64,000 bases of DNA from Burkholderiales bacterium. GTDB taxonomy: Bacteria > Pseudomonadota > Gammaproteobacteria > Burkholderiales > Burkholderiaceae_C. The position numbers and the translations under genes are program-made. Below, piece by piece: positions 23,245 to 33,472 of the stretch. The DNA lies in contig JBBRGA010000001.1 of NCBI GenBank assembly GCA_038241115.1, positions 1,319 through 65,318 of the forward strand, in the 5' to 3' direction. The first letter of the stretch is position 1; the number at the start of each line of letters is the position of its first letter. The notes beneath the pieces were generated by a model. It saw only the letters and a program-made list of their open reading frames with translations, had not been told where the DNA came from and made no database searches.

Positions 23245-23487
23245 GCCTCGGGCGAAAGCCCATGTAGTCGACGCAAATTATCACACCGCGCCGGTTCAAA
23301 AATATCGGTCGAATCTTCACTGCGCGAGGCGATGCAATAATCGACGGTTGCACGACAGAAAGCTCAAGTCCAAGTCGCCTAATCCAGGTGGTGTGGACGC
23401 GAGTTATCAGGCACCACACCCACCCCACGAGGGCGCGGAGAGGCGCACCAATGGTTTTTCGTTAGAGAAATTCGCAAAGGTTAGAAC

Positions 23488-25299
23488 ATGGATATGTCAA
23501 CACCAGACGCCAAACGCGTCGCTTCAGCGACCCAAGCAGTGTCGACTCAACACTCCACGGCCTCCACATTGAGCCCCTCGCTGAACGGCTCCGAAATTTT
23601 GGTTCGCTGTCTGCAAGCTGAAAGCGTCCAGTTTTTGTGGGGATACCCAGGCGGTGCCGTCTTATATATTTACGACGCGCTCTACAAACAAAACACAATC
23701 GAGCACGTGCTGGTGCGGCACGAGCAAGCTGCGGTTCATGCAGCTGATGGATACGCTCGTGCAACTGGCGAAGTTGGTGTTGCGTTGGTTACTTCGGGGC
23801 CGGGCGCAACCAATGCGGTGACGGGTATCGCAACGGCATACATGGACTCGATTCCGATGGTCATCATCACGGGTCAGGTTCCCACAGCGGCGATAGGCTT
23901 GGACGCGTTTCAAGAATGTGACACGGTCGGCATCACTCGCCCGGTGGTCAAGCACAACTTTTTGGTCAAAGACGTGCGCGATCTGGCGATGACGATGAAG
24001 AAGGCTTTTCACATAGCACGCACGGGCCGTCCCGGTCCGGTGGTGGTGGACATCCCGAAAGATGTGTCCTTGGCCACGGCGCCATTCTCTTATCCCGCGA
24101 CGGTAGAAATGCGTTCCTACAATCCTGTCCGCAAGGGTCACGGCGGTCAAATTCGCAAGGCTGTCTCGCTCCTGATGTCGGCAAAGCGACCATACATCTA
24201 CACCGGCGGCGGGGTTATTTTGGGCAACGCTTCGGTTGAGTTGCGAGAGTTGGTCAATTTGCTCGGATACCCGTGCACCAACACATTGATGGGCTTGGGT
24301 GCTTTTCCCGCCAGCGATCCAAAATTCTTGGGCATGTTGGGCATGCACGGAACCTACGAAGCCAACATGACCATGCAGAACTGTGACGTGCTGCTGGCAG
24401 TCGGCGCACGGTTTTGCGACCGCGTGATTGGCAACCCGAAGCACTTTGCATCGGTTGAACGCAAGATCATTCATATTGACATAGATCCATCTTCAATTTC
24501 CAAGCGTGTAAAAGTTGACATTCCTATCGTTGGAGATGTGAAAGATGTGCTCCAGGAATTAATCGCCCAAATCCGCGAGGCGCAACTTGCCCAGCATGCC
24601 CGACCGGATGGCAGCGCGCTGGCCAATTGGTGGAATCAAATTGGCGAGTGGCGAGGTCGCGACTCGCTGGGTTTTCAGAACAGCAACGAGACCATCAAAC
24701 CGCAGTTTGTCGTGCAAAAGTTGTGGGAGCTGACCAAAGACAGCGATGCCTACATCACATCTGACGTGGGTCAGCACCAAATGTGGGCCGCGCAGTACTA
24801 CCGATTTGATGAGCCGCGTCGCTGGATTAATTCAGGCGGTTTGGGCACGATGGGTGTGGGCCTGCCCTACGCGATGGGCATCAAGTTGGCCAAGCCTCAG
24901 GCCGATGTGTTTTGCATCACCGGCGACGGCTCAGTGCAAATGAACATTCAAGAGCTGTCAACTTGCATGCAGTACAAAACGCCGGTGAAGATCATTTCGC
25001 TCAACAACCGCTATTTGGGCATGGTGCGGCAATGGCAGCAGATTGATTACGGAGGGCGTTACGCCCACAGCTATATGGATGCGTTGCCCGACTTCGTCAA
25101 ACTCGCTGAAGCCTATGGGCACGTGGGCTTGAAGATAGAGCGCCCAAGCGACGTGGAAGGTGCACTGCGTGAGGCCATTCGTCTGAAGGATCGCACCGTG
25201 TTTTTGGACATTTGCACCGATGCCACGGAAAATGTTTGGCCGATGGTCAAGGCAGGAAAGGGCATCTCTGAAATGCTGCTGGGGTCTGAGGATTTGTGA
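23488..25299 (+). CDS. ilvI: Acetolactate synthase (AHAS) large subunit
   Basis: 603 aa. WGYPGGAVLYIYDAL; ThDP motif GLGTMGVGLPYAMG...GDGSVQMNIQEL. Confidence 0.95.
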   Translation: MDMSTPDAKRVASATQAVSTQHSTASTLSPSLNGSEILVRCLQAESVQFLWGYPGGAVLYIYDALYKQNTIEHVLVRHEQAAVHAADGYARATGEVGVALVTSGPGATNAVTGIATAYMDSIPMVIITGQVPTAAIGLDAFQECDTVGITRPVVKHNFLVKDVRDLAMTMKKAFHIARTGRPGPVVVDIPKDVSLATAPFSYPATVEMRSYNPVRKGHGGQIRKAVSLLMSAKRPYIYTGGGVILGNASVELRELVNLLGYPCTNTLMGLGAFPASDPKFLGMLGMHGTYEANMTMQNCDVLLAVGARFCDRVIGNPKHFASVERKIIHIDIDPSSISKRVKVDIPIVGDVKDVLQELIAQIREAQLAQHARPDGSALANWWNQIGEWRGRDSLGFQNSNETIKPQFVVQKLWELTKDSDAYITSDVGQHQMWAAQYYRFDEPRRWINSGGLGTMGVGLPYAMGIKLAKPQADVFCITGDGSVQMNIQELSTCMQYKTPVKIISLNNRYLGMVRQWQQIDYGGRYAHSYMDALPDFVKLAEAYGHVGLKIERPSDVEGALREAIRLKDRTVFLDICTDATENVWPMVKAGKGISEMLLGSEDL

Positions 25300-25455
25300 G
25301 GCTTGAACCTGTGTGTGATGCCCGCTGTTACCGCAGCGGCTGATGCGCACTGGGAATTGCGTTCGCTGCTCTAGAAGTCGTCGATTTAACTTTTTCGCGT
25401 TGTCCAAGAGGGGTGGTTATCGCTGCCCCGACGGCAGACTCGCGCATACATCACC

Positions 25456-25947
25456 ATGAAACACATCATCGCCTTGCTGCTCGAAAACGAGCCCGGAGCC
25501 CTGTCGCGCGTGGTCGGACTTTTTTCCGCGCGTGGTTACAACATTGAAAGTCTGACGGTGGCACCCACTGAAGACGGCTCACTATCGCGCATGACCATCG
25601 TCACTCGCGGTTCTGATGATGTGATCGAGCAGATCACCAAGCACCTTAACCGTTTGATCGAAGTGGTGAAAGTTGTTGACTTGACCGAGGCGGCGTTCAC
25701 CGAGCGTGAGCTCATGCTCATCAAGGTACGTGCAGTGGGCAAAGAGCGCGAAGAAATGATGCGCATGGCCGATATATTTCGTGGCCGCATCATTGACGTG
25801 ACGGAGAAGAGCTTCACCATTGAGTTGACCGGTGATGCGTCCAAGTTAGACGCCTTCATTGAGGCGCTGGATCGCACCGCCATCTTGGAAACCGTGCGCA
25901 CCGGTACCAGCGGGATCGGCCGTGGCGAGCGCATTTTGCGCGTTTGA
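25456..25947 (+). CDS. ilvH: Acetolactate synthase small (regulatory) subunit
   Basis: 163 aa. ACT domain MKHIIALLLENEPGALSRVVGLFSARGYNIESLTV. Confidence 0.95.
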   Translation: MKHIIALLLENEPGALSRVVGLFSARGYNIESLTVAPTEDGSLSRMTIVTRGSDDVIEQITKHLNRLIEVVKVVDLTEAAFTERELMLIKVRAVGKEREEMMRMADIFRGRIIDVTEKSFTIELTGDASKLDAFIEALDRTAILETVRTGTSGIGRGERILRV

Positions 25948-25997
25948 ACCCGCTTGAACACTTTGTATTTTTTTGAATTTCGCCCCTTATTTACTGA

Positions 25998-27035
<1,038 letters not shown>

Positions 27036-27052
27036 CCTCTGGGTCCAAAATT

Positions 27053-27084
27053 AAAAAGCCGCCGGGGAAACCTCGCGGCTTTTC
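27053..27084. terminator. Bidirectional-looking intrinsic terminator after ilvC
   Basis: aaaaa-GCCGC(27058-62)...GCGGC(27075-79)-tttt, with extra inner G-C/G-U pairs. An A-run lies upstream and a T-run downstream. Confidence 0.7.
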
Positions 27085-27138
27085 TTATGGGCCACGCTAA
27101 TGCCTGCGGTATCCTGCTTTGGGCAAACGGATTCCAAC

Positions 27139-27972
27139 ATGAGCGAAATTCAAGACGTGGTGAGCGACGCCAGTGAGGCTGGAGATCCACCGCAGCGTCC
27201 GCGCCGTAAGGGCATCTACATCTTGCCCAATTTGTTTACTTTGGCGGCTTTGTTTGGTGGCTTCTACGCCATCGTGATGGCCATGAATGGGCGCTTCGAA
27301 CAAGCCGCCATTGGTGTGTTTTGCGCCATGGTGCTGGACAGTTTGGACGGACGAGTTGCGCGCATGACCAACACCCAAAGCACCTTTGGCGAGCAGATGG
27401 ACAGTTTGTCAGACATGGTGTCTTTTGGTGCCGCGCCCGCATTGATCGCATACGAGTGGGCGCTCAAAGGCATAGGCAAACCGGGCTGGATTGCAGCGTT
27501 TGTTTATTGCTCCTGCGCAGCCCTTAGACTGGCGCGCTTTAATACCAACTTGGCTGTGGTGGACAAGCGATTTTTCCAAGGATTGCCCAGCCCCGCTGCT
27601 GCCGCCTTGGTGATGGGGTTCATATGGTTGATGGACAACCAAGGCTTCATGGGAGGCGAAGAAGGCCCGTGGCTGATGTGGACCACATTTGGCGTGACGC
27701 TTTACGCTGGTTTGACGATGGTCACGAATGTGCCGTTTTACAGTTTCAAAGACGTGAGCTTCAAAAAGTCAGTGCCATTCATCGTAATTGTGGCAATTGC
27801 TCTGGCCATCGCTGTGATCAATATCCACGTACCTGCGGCGCTTTTCAGCTTGTTTATGTTTTACGGGGTGTCCGGCTATGGTGTTTACATCTGGAGGCGC
27901 ATGAAAGGCAGGCCAGTCAGCCTTATCGCAACGTCCACAGATGAACCTGATGAGCAGGGCCTTCACCGTTGA
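27139..27972 (+). CDS. pssA: CDP-diacylglycerol--serine O-phosphatidyltransferase
   Basis: ATG 27139 inside track ORF 27100..27972. CDP-alcohol phosphatidyltransferase motif DSLDGRVAR...SDMVSFG. Multi-TM. Confidence 0.9.
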   Translation: MSEIQDVVSDASEAGDPPQRPRRKGIYILPNLFTLAALFGGFYAIVMAMNGRFEQAAIGVFCAMVLDSLDGRVARMTNTQSTFGEQMDSLSDMVSFGAAPALIAYEWALKGIGKPGWIAAFVYCSCAALRLARFNTNLAVVDKRFFQGLPSPAAAALVMGFIWLMDNQGFMGGEEGPWLMWTTFGVTLYAGLTMVTNVPFYSFKDVSFKKSVPFIVIVAIALAIAVINIHVPAALFSLFMFYGVSGYGVYIWRRMKGRPVSLIATSTDEPDEQGLHR

Positions 27973-27995
27973 ATCCACCGTGCTACATTTTCCGC

Positions 27996-28055
27996 ATGAA
28001 TGATTTGACGATATTCGTTTTAGCGCTACGCCTAGAGGCCACTCGGGTGCGCTGA
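27996..28055 (+). promoter_or_regulatory. Candidate leuA leader peptide ORF (19 codons, Ile-ATA/Leu-TTA/Leu-CTA codons)
   Basis: atg aat gat ttg acg ata ttc gtt tta gcg cta cgc cta gag gcc act cgg gtg cgc tga = MNDLTIFVLALRLEATRVR. Four Leu codons (TTG, TTA, CTA, CTA) plus ATA-Ile. No clear SD. Confidence 0.4.
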
Positions 28056-28085
28056 ATCGTCCACGTCATAACGTCTTCGTCTCAA

Positions 28086-28124
28086 CGGCCCGCATGCAAC
28101 CCGCAGCGGGCCGCTTTGCTTTTT
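28086..28124 (+). terminator. GC-rich hairpin + T-tract between pssA and leuA (pssA terminator and/or leuA attenuator)
   Basis: Stem cggcccgc (28086-28093) / gcgggccg (28106-28113), 12-nt loop, then ctttgcttttt. Ends 31 nt before the leuA ATG. Confidence 0.6.
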
Positions 28125-28154
28125 AAGCTGTGGGTTAAACACTGGAGCTATCCC

Positions 28155-29696
28155 ATGACCGACAAACTCATCATTTTTGACACCACCTTGCGCGACGGCG
28201 AGCAGTCCCCCGGTGCCTCCATGACCAAGGATGAAAAGCTGCGCATAGCGCGGCAGTTGGAGCGCTTGAAGGTTGACGTGATCGAAGCTGGTTTTGCTGC
28301 CTCTTCCAACGGCGACTTCGAGGCTGTTCGTGCGATCGCGCTGGCGATCAAGGACAGCACTGTTTGCTCGCTCGCTCGCGCCAACGACCGCGACATCACG
28401 CGTGCGGCAGACGCGCTGAAAGGTGGCGCTTCTACGCGCATTCATTTGTTCCTCGCTACCAGCGCTCTGCACATGGAAAAAAAGTTGCGCATGACACCTG
28501 ATCAGGTGTTTGAGCAAGCAAAGTCGTCCACCCGATTTGCCCGGAACCTCAGTGCTGACGTCGAGTTTTCGCCTGAAGACGGTTATCGCTCAGACCCTGA
28601 TTTTTTGTGTCGCGTCATCGAAGCGGTGATCGCGGAAGGCGCTACGACCATCAACATTCCAGACACGGTCGGCTATGCGGTACCTGAGCTTTACGGTCAG
28701 TTCATTTTGAATTTACGCCAGCGCATCCCGAACGCCGACAAGGCCATCTGGTCGGTGCATTGTCATAACGATTTAGGCATGGCCGTGGCCAATTCATTGG
28801 CCGGTGTAAAGCTCGGCGGCGCTCGTCAGGTCGAATGCACCATCAATGGCCTGGGCGAGCGCGCAGGAAATTGTTCGCTTGAGGAAGTGGTGATGGCAGT
28901 GAGGACACGTCGTGACTACTTTGGGTTGACGATGGGCGTGGATGTCTCGCATATCGTTGCTGCGTCACGACTGGTTTCACAGACCACTGGTTTCGTGGTG
29001 CAGCCGAATAAAGCGGTGGTTGGCGCGAATGCGTTTGCTCATGCTTCGGGCATCCACCAAGATGGTGTGCTCAAGGCTCGCGATACCTACGAAATCATGC
29101 GTGCCGAAGACGTGGGCTGGGCCGCTAACAAAATTGTGTTGGGCAAATTATCTGGGCGCAATGCGTTCAAGCAAAGGCTGACTGATTTGGGTATTTCCAT
29201 GGGGTCCGAGGCTGAAGTCAATGCGGCCTTCGCCAAGTTCAAAGAGTTGGCTGACCGAAAGAGTGACATCTTTGACGAAGACATCTTGGCGCTGGTGATG
29301 GACGAATCAGTCACGCCTGAAAACGAGCATTACCGATTGCTGGCGTTGTCTCAGCACTCGGAGATGGGTGAGCGACCGCAAGCCAGCGTCGCTTTTGCGG
29401 ACGGTGCAACTGAGCATCATGTTCAAAGCGATGGCAACGGGCCGGTGGATGCAAGCCTCAAAGCCATAGAGTCCAAAGTGAAAAGCGGCGCAGAGATGCT
29501 GTTGTATTCGGTGAACGCCATCACCTCGGGCAGCACCGAGTCGCAGGGCGAAGTGACGGTGCGCTTGCAGCTTGGCGGCCGTGTTGTTAACGGCGTGGGT
29601 GCTGACCCCGACATCGTGGTCGCGTCGGCCAAGGCTTATCTGGCTGCGCTCAACAAATTGCACAGCAAAACGGTGCGAGTTGCCGCGCAGGGTTGA
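28155..29696 (+). CDS. leuA: 2-isopropylmalate synthase
   Basis: ATG 28155 inside track ORF 28116..29696. [14 protein letters not shown]; [14 protein letters not shown]-terminal LeuA dimerisation/regulatory domain. Confidence 0.96.
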   Translation: MTDKLIIFDTTLRDGEQSPGASMTKDEKLRIARQLERLKVDVIEAGFAASSNGDFEAVRAIALAIKDSTVCSLARANDRDITRAADALKGGASTRIHLFLATSALHMEKKLRMTPDQVFEQAKSSTRFARNLSADVEFSPEDGYRSDPDFLCRVIEAVIAEGATTINIPDTVGYAVPELYGQFILNLRQRIPNADKAIWSVHCHNDLGMAVANSLAGVKLGGARQVECTINGLGERAGNCSLEEVVMAVRTRRDYFGLTMGVDVSHIVAASRLVSQTTGFVVQPNKAVVGANAFAHASGIHQDGVLKARDTYEIMRAEDVGWAANKIVLGKLSGRNAFKQRLTDLGISMGSEAEVNAAFAKFKELADRKSDIFDEDILALVMDESVTPENEHYRLLALSQHSEMGERPQASVAFADGATEHHVQSDGNGPVDASLKAIESKVKSGAEMLLYSVNAITSGSTESQGEVTVRLQLGGRVVNGVGADPDIVVASAKAYLAALNKLHSKTVRVAAQG

Positions 29697-29793
29697 TGTA
29701 TTTGAAGGGTTGCTTCGGACAGCCGCTTGCGTGTTGATGTTATGTTTTTGACTTGGGGATTGCACCAAGCCGCAACGCTGCGACAATACGCGA

Positions 29794-29997
29794 ATGGCAA
29801 AAGACACATCTACCAAAGTTTCCCAAGACGGTCTGCGTTACGCCGCGAAACCTTCGGGCTCGCCGTTTCTTGGTTCCGGCAACACACGCTCCTGTTTTAA
29901 ATGCGGTAAACACCGCCAGCAGGGGCAGCTCATGTCCAAGAGGGTACTTGGCCGATCAGAGATGGTGTGCTCACCATCCTGTACCACGGTGACTTAA
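29794..29997 (+). CDS. Hypothetical small Cys-rich (zinc-ribbon-like) protein, 67 aa
   Basis: Track ORF. CFKCGKH...MVCSPSC gives a CxxC...CxxxC arrangement. Weak or no SD. An overlapping alternative-frame ORF 29753..29992 exists. Coding status is unproven. Confidence 0.35.
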   Translation: MAKDTSTKVSQDGLRYAAKPSGSPFLGSGNTRSCFKCGKHRQQGQLMSKRVLGRSEMVCSPSCTTVT

Positions 29998-30222
29998 TCC
30001 CCAGGGAGGGTTCAAGCTGGTGCAACTGCTCTAGTTTGAACGCTGGGTTTATGAGCTGTGGCGCGTCATCCTTTTCTTATACGAAAAGCGAGTGTTTCGG
30101 CTGAAAAAGCGCATAGCGCCAATTCTGATGCACTCGCCCCGGCACCCATTGGTTATTGAGGCAGCGCGTTAGTGAGCGAAGGACGTCCTCGACCTTACGA
30201 CATCTCGTCGCCGTACCGTAAA

Positions 30223-30900
30223 TCACGTGACTGGCGCGCCCAATTGACGTGCTGGAGCCGATCTGCTGAAGGCAGGTTCTGACTCGCAGTTCACCATGAT
30301 GCGCATGACATTGGGAATTGCGTGCACTTCAATCTTGAAAACTTGCATTACCACCACGATGCTGGCCAAACAAATATCGGCCACGGTGATATTTTGCCCA
30401 TGACAGAAACGGCCCGTTTCGGGCTCAGTGGCCAAGCGCTGCTCAAGCGCATGCAAGCCTGTTGTGAACCAATTGATTTGCCAAGCGCGCCAAGCCGCAT
30501 CGTCGAAGCCGGCTTGGGTCATTAAATATTTCTTGACTCTCGGCGTAATGAGCGGATGCGTGTCGGAAGTTAACAACGCGGCCAGAGATCTGACACGCGC
30601 ACGGCCATACAAATCATTTGGCAACAAAGCAGGCGAAGGATGGCTTTCTTCTAAGAATTCGAGAATGGCCATTGACTGCGTGATCGGCGTTTTGCTGGCG
30701 TCGTCTGCGAGGTCGATCAACGCAGGGACAGCCCCCATCGGGTTGATCTTCAAAAACTCAGCGCCGCGTTGTTCGCCCGCGTCCAAGTTGACGTTATGTT
30801 CCTTCGTGGCGACGCCTTTTAGTTGGCATGCCACACGAACTCGGTAGGTTGCCGAGGTGCGCCAAAACGAATAAAGCTCGAATCGCGGGCCAGATGACAT
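30223..30900 (-). CDS. maiA: Maleylacetoacetate isomerase / zeta-class glutathione S-transferase
   Basis: 225 aa. LYSFWRTSATYRVRVACQLKGV...INPMGAVPALID is typical of GST-zeta/MaiA. Confidence 0.8.
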   Translation of the reverse strand: MSSGPRFELYSFWRTSATYRVRVACQLKGVATKEHNVNLDAGEQRGAEFLKINPMGAVPALIDLADDASKTPITQSMAILEFLEESHPSPALLPNDLYGRARVRSLAALLTSDTHPLITPRVKKYLMTQAGFDDAAWRAWQINWFTTGLHALEQRLATEPETGRFCHGQNITVADICLASIVVVMQVFKIEVHAIPNVMRIMVNCESEPAFSRSAPARQLGAPVT

Positions 30901-30956
30901 GATGACTCCTCAAGATGCGTGCTCAGCGCGGAAGTGATTAGCATAGCGGTCCGAGT

Positions 30957-32291
30957 TCAGCGTTTCAGACGGTCGACGCCGAGCCCGTCGATAGAAATAC
31001 TGGTTTTTTTCCCGGACAACATTTCACTCAGTAAACGCGCCGATCCACACGCCAGAGCCCAACCGCTCGAGCCGTGTCCCAGATTCAGCCACACGCCAGG
31101 AATGCCGCTTGGCCCCAGCACGGGTGGCCCGTCCGGCAACATAGGTCGAGCACCTTTCCAGGTTTGAGCTTGGCCCAGCTTTGCAACACCGGGATACCAA
31201 TCGTGCAGCACCTTGTGAAGTGTCGCAATCGACGATTGATTACGCTGCTGGATTGAACCGCCCAACTCGGCGCCGCCAGCCACCCTCAGTCGACTGCCAA
31301 GACGCGTGATGGCCACCTTGTAGCGTTCATCCATGATCCCCGAGCGCGGTCCCAAATCGGGGTGCGCCTCAACGTGTCGCATTGGCGCCGTCACCGAATA
31401 GCCGTACACCGAAAGCAGCGGCAAACTGAGACCATGCGGCGAGAGCAAAGCAGGTGCTCCCATGGCAGCGCAAACAAGCACCGCGTCGAAGGTTTCTGTG
31501 ACGGCACTCGGCGGCAACATGGGTGCTGCCAGCTTGTCTTTTACGCTGCGCTCAGACAGGATTACAGAGTCCTGGGCTATCTGCTGGTGTACGAGTTGGG
31601 GTGTTGTCGCCGGAATGATGCCCAAAACCTTGGTGTGAAAACGAAATTTAACGCCAAGAGCTTCAGCTTCGGCTCGCATCAAGTGCGCGAACTCGCGGCA
31701 ATTGGCAACTTCGGCATCCGGCAAATGAATGCCGCCTTGCAATGGAGTTTCAGTATTGAGACCTGGCTCAACCGCACGACATTCCTCGGCCGTCAGACCT
31801 TTGAACTTAACGCCCAATTCATCCAGCACTTTCAAGCCAGGCTTGGCCAACCCTACGTCGCGGGCGGAGCGCAGAAGCACCAGATAGCCGGTACTGCGTT
31901 CAAAGTTCAATCGCAATTCGCGCGACAAGCCGTGCAGCCTTTCGCGGCTGAACAACGCGAGTGCCTGCATGCGCCCGCGGTTGAACTCGAAGCTTTTGCG
32001 ACTGCTGGCGCGCCACCATTTCCACAGCCACGACAACGTGGCAGGGCTCAGATCGGCATTGATTCGAACTGGCGAGTGTGGGCTGAGCAAGTGCTGTATC
32101 ACTTTGCCTGCCATTCCAGGCGAGGCCCAAGGTGTCACATAGCCTGGGGCTATTACACCAGCATTGGCAAAGCTTGTTTCGCTGGCGACGCCGCCATTTC
32201 GCTCGAAGACTGTGACCGCGTGCCCGCTTACGGCAAGTTCAAAAGCACTGGTAATGCCGACGATGCCTGCGCCTACGACTGCAATGCGCAT
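30957..32291 (-). CDS. dadA: D-amino acid dehydrogenase-like FAD oxidoreductase
   Basis: ATG 32291 (MRIAVVGAGIVGITSAFELA, GxGxxG) inside track ORF 30957..32363. Collinear with E. coli DadA (ETSFANAG...PGY..PWA; YKVAITR; RPMLPDGPPVLG; LNLGHGSSGW). Confidence 0.8.
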   Translation of the reverse strand: MRIAVVGAGIVGITSAFELAVSGHAVTVFERNGGVASETSFANAGVIAPGYVTPWASPGMAGKVIQHLLSPHSPVRINADLSPATLSWLWKWWRASSRKSFEFNRGRMQALALFSRERLHGLSRELRLNFERSTGYLVLLRSARDVGLAKPGLKVLDELGVKFKGLTAEECRAVEPGLNTETPLQGGIHLPDAEVANCREFAHLMRAEAEALGVKFRFHTKVLGIIPATTPQLVHQQIAQDSVILSERSVKDKLAAPMLPPSAVTETFDAVLVCAAMGAPALLSPHGLSLPLLSVYGYSVTAPMRHVEAHPDLGPRSGIMDERYKVAITRLGSRLRVAGGAELGGSIQQRNQSSIATLHKVLHDWYPGVAKLGQAQTWKGARPMLPDGPPVLGPSGIPGVWLNLGHGSSGWALACGSARLLSEMLSGKKTSISIDGLGVDRLKR

Positions 32292-32402
32292 GGCTAATGG
32301 ACGGCGCTTAAATGCCGCACAGCGGTTCCCTTGGAAGAACCATCGAATCGGTGGGAATGGCACATGCTAAACTCGACTGGCTAGGCTGAAGGCAGGGAAT
32401 TC

Positions 32403-32421
32403 GGCAGTACCAAGTACTGCC
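32403..32421 (+). other. Perfect 8-bp hairpin in the dadA/rpsB divergent region
   Basis: ggcagtac-caa-gtactgcc followed by gtttgaactgttttcc. Function unknown; it could be part of an rpsB 5' leader. Confidence 0.4.
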
Positions 32422-32562
32422 GTTTGAACTGTTTTCCGGCTCGGCAAATCGCAAATCCGGTTGTTTGAAGGTGTTGTTGACAAATGCGGGAGCGCAAAAG
32501 AAATAGCGCTTGAGCCCAACGATTCGAGCCGGATTTTAGAACCAACCTTTGGAGCTCATCAC

Positions 32563-33309
32563 ATGAACATCAGCATGCGTGAAATGCTAGAAGCCGGCGT
32601 CCATTTCGGACATCAAACTCGCTTCTGGGACCCGAAAATGGCACCGTACATCTACGGCCATCGCAACAAAATCCACATCATAAATTTGGAGAAAACGCAG
32701 CCGATGTTCATCGATGCGTTGAAATTTGTGCGTCAACTCGCTTCCAAGCGAGGCACGATTTTGATGGTTGGTACCAAGCGCCAAGCGCGCGAAGTCACGG
32801 CCATGGAAGCGCGACGCGCTGGCATGCCCTTCGTCGACCAGCGTTGGCTCGGCGGAATGCTCACCAACTTCAAGACCGTCAAGGGCTCTCTCAAGCGATT
32901 GAAAGAAATGCAAGCGCAGATCGAGTCGGGCACCGAGATCCGAATCAAAAAAGAAGCGCTGATGTTTCAGCGCGAGCTCGCCAAGCTGGAGCGTGACATC
33001 GGCGGCATTCAGGACATGAACGCATTGCCAGACGCTTTGTTTGTCATTGACGTGGGATACCACAAGATTGCTGTGGCGGAAGCCAAGAAGCTGGGAATAC
33101 CCGTGGTCGCAATCGTTGACTCGAATCACTCGCCGCTGGGCATTGACTACGTTATTCCTGGCAACGATGACTCTGCCAAAGCAGTCGCTCTGTATGCACG
33201 CTGTGTTGCGGACGCTGTTCTTGAAGGTAAAGCGAATGCCACCAACGAGGTCGTTCAAGCTGTAGCCGCGGCAGGAGATGAATTCGTGGAAGTAAACGAA
33301 GCGGCCTGA
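32563..33309 (+). CDS. rpsB: 30S ribosomal protein S2
   Basis: ATG 32563 with GGAG 8 nt upstream. [26 protein letters not shown]. Confidence 0.96.
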   Translation: MNISMREMLEAGVHFGHQTRFWDPKMAPYIYGHRNKIHIINLEKTQPMFIDALKFVRQLASKRGTILMVGTKRQAREVTAMEARRAGMPFVDQRWLGGMLTNFKTVKGSLKRLKEMQAQIESGTEIRIKKEALMFQRELAKLERDIGGIQDMNALPDALFVIDVGYHKIAVAEAKKLGIPVVAIVDSNHSPLGIDYVIPGNDDSAKAVALYARCVADAVLEGKANATNEVVQAVAAAGDEFVEVNEAA

Positions 33310-33378
33310 CCGAAGGCATGGCCCCCTGGCCCTCAACGCGCTCGCTGGCCGTTTTTAAACCCCAGTGAGCCCCAAAAA

Positions 33379-33407
33379 GGGGCTGTCTCAGTCCCTTTTT
33401 TGTTTTT
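33379..33407 (+). terminator. Intrinsic terminator/attenuator between rpsB and tsf
   Basis: ggggct-gtctc-agtccc stem (one G-U) directly followed by ttttttgttttt. The 5' arm is shared with an upstream alternative hairpin, agcccc-aaaaa-ggggct (33368-33384). Confidence 0.7.
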
Positions 33408-33472
33408 CAAATTTTTTTGATCAGGCCCTGCTGCTACGGATCAATCCGCAGCTGTGTACATAGGAGAACCCC

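Noticed and set aside
23245-23487. I looked for a branched-chain amino-acid leader peptide/attenuator upstream of ilvI, and for an ECF-type promoter (GGAAC-N16-17-CGT) for the divergent sigma gene.
   Set aside because: Only 1-4-codon ATG ORFs are present (M*, MQ*, MVFR*), with no Ile/Val/Leu-rich run. The hairpins ggtgtgg...ccacacc and gcgc-ggagag-gcgc + tttttc are weak. On the minus strand there is gaacc-N19-cgtc with off-consensus spacing, plus a possible extended -10 tgtgataat (23277-23285). Neither is strong enough to call.
25318-25374. 18-codon ATG ORF (MPAVTAAADAHWELRSLL) in the ilvI-ilvH spacer.
   Set aside because: No SD and no compositional feature of a leader or functional micropeptide. 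It overlaps a hairpin. It is kept only as a note within the spacer finding.
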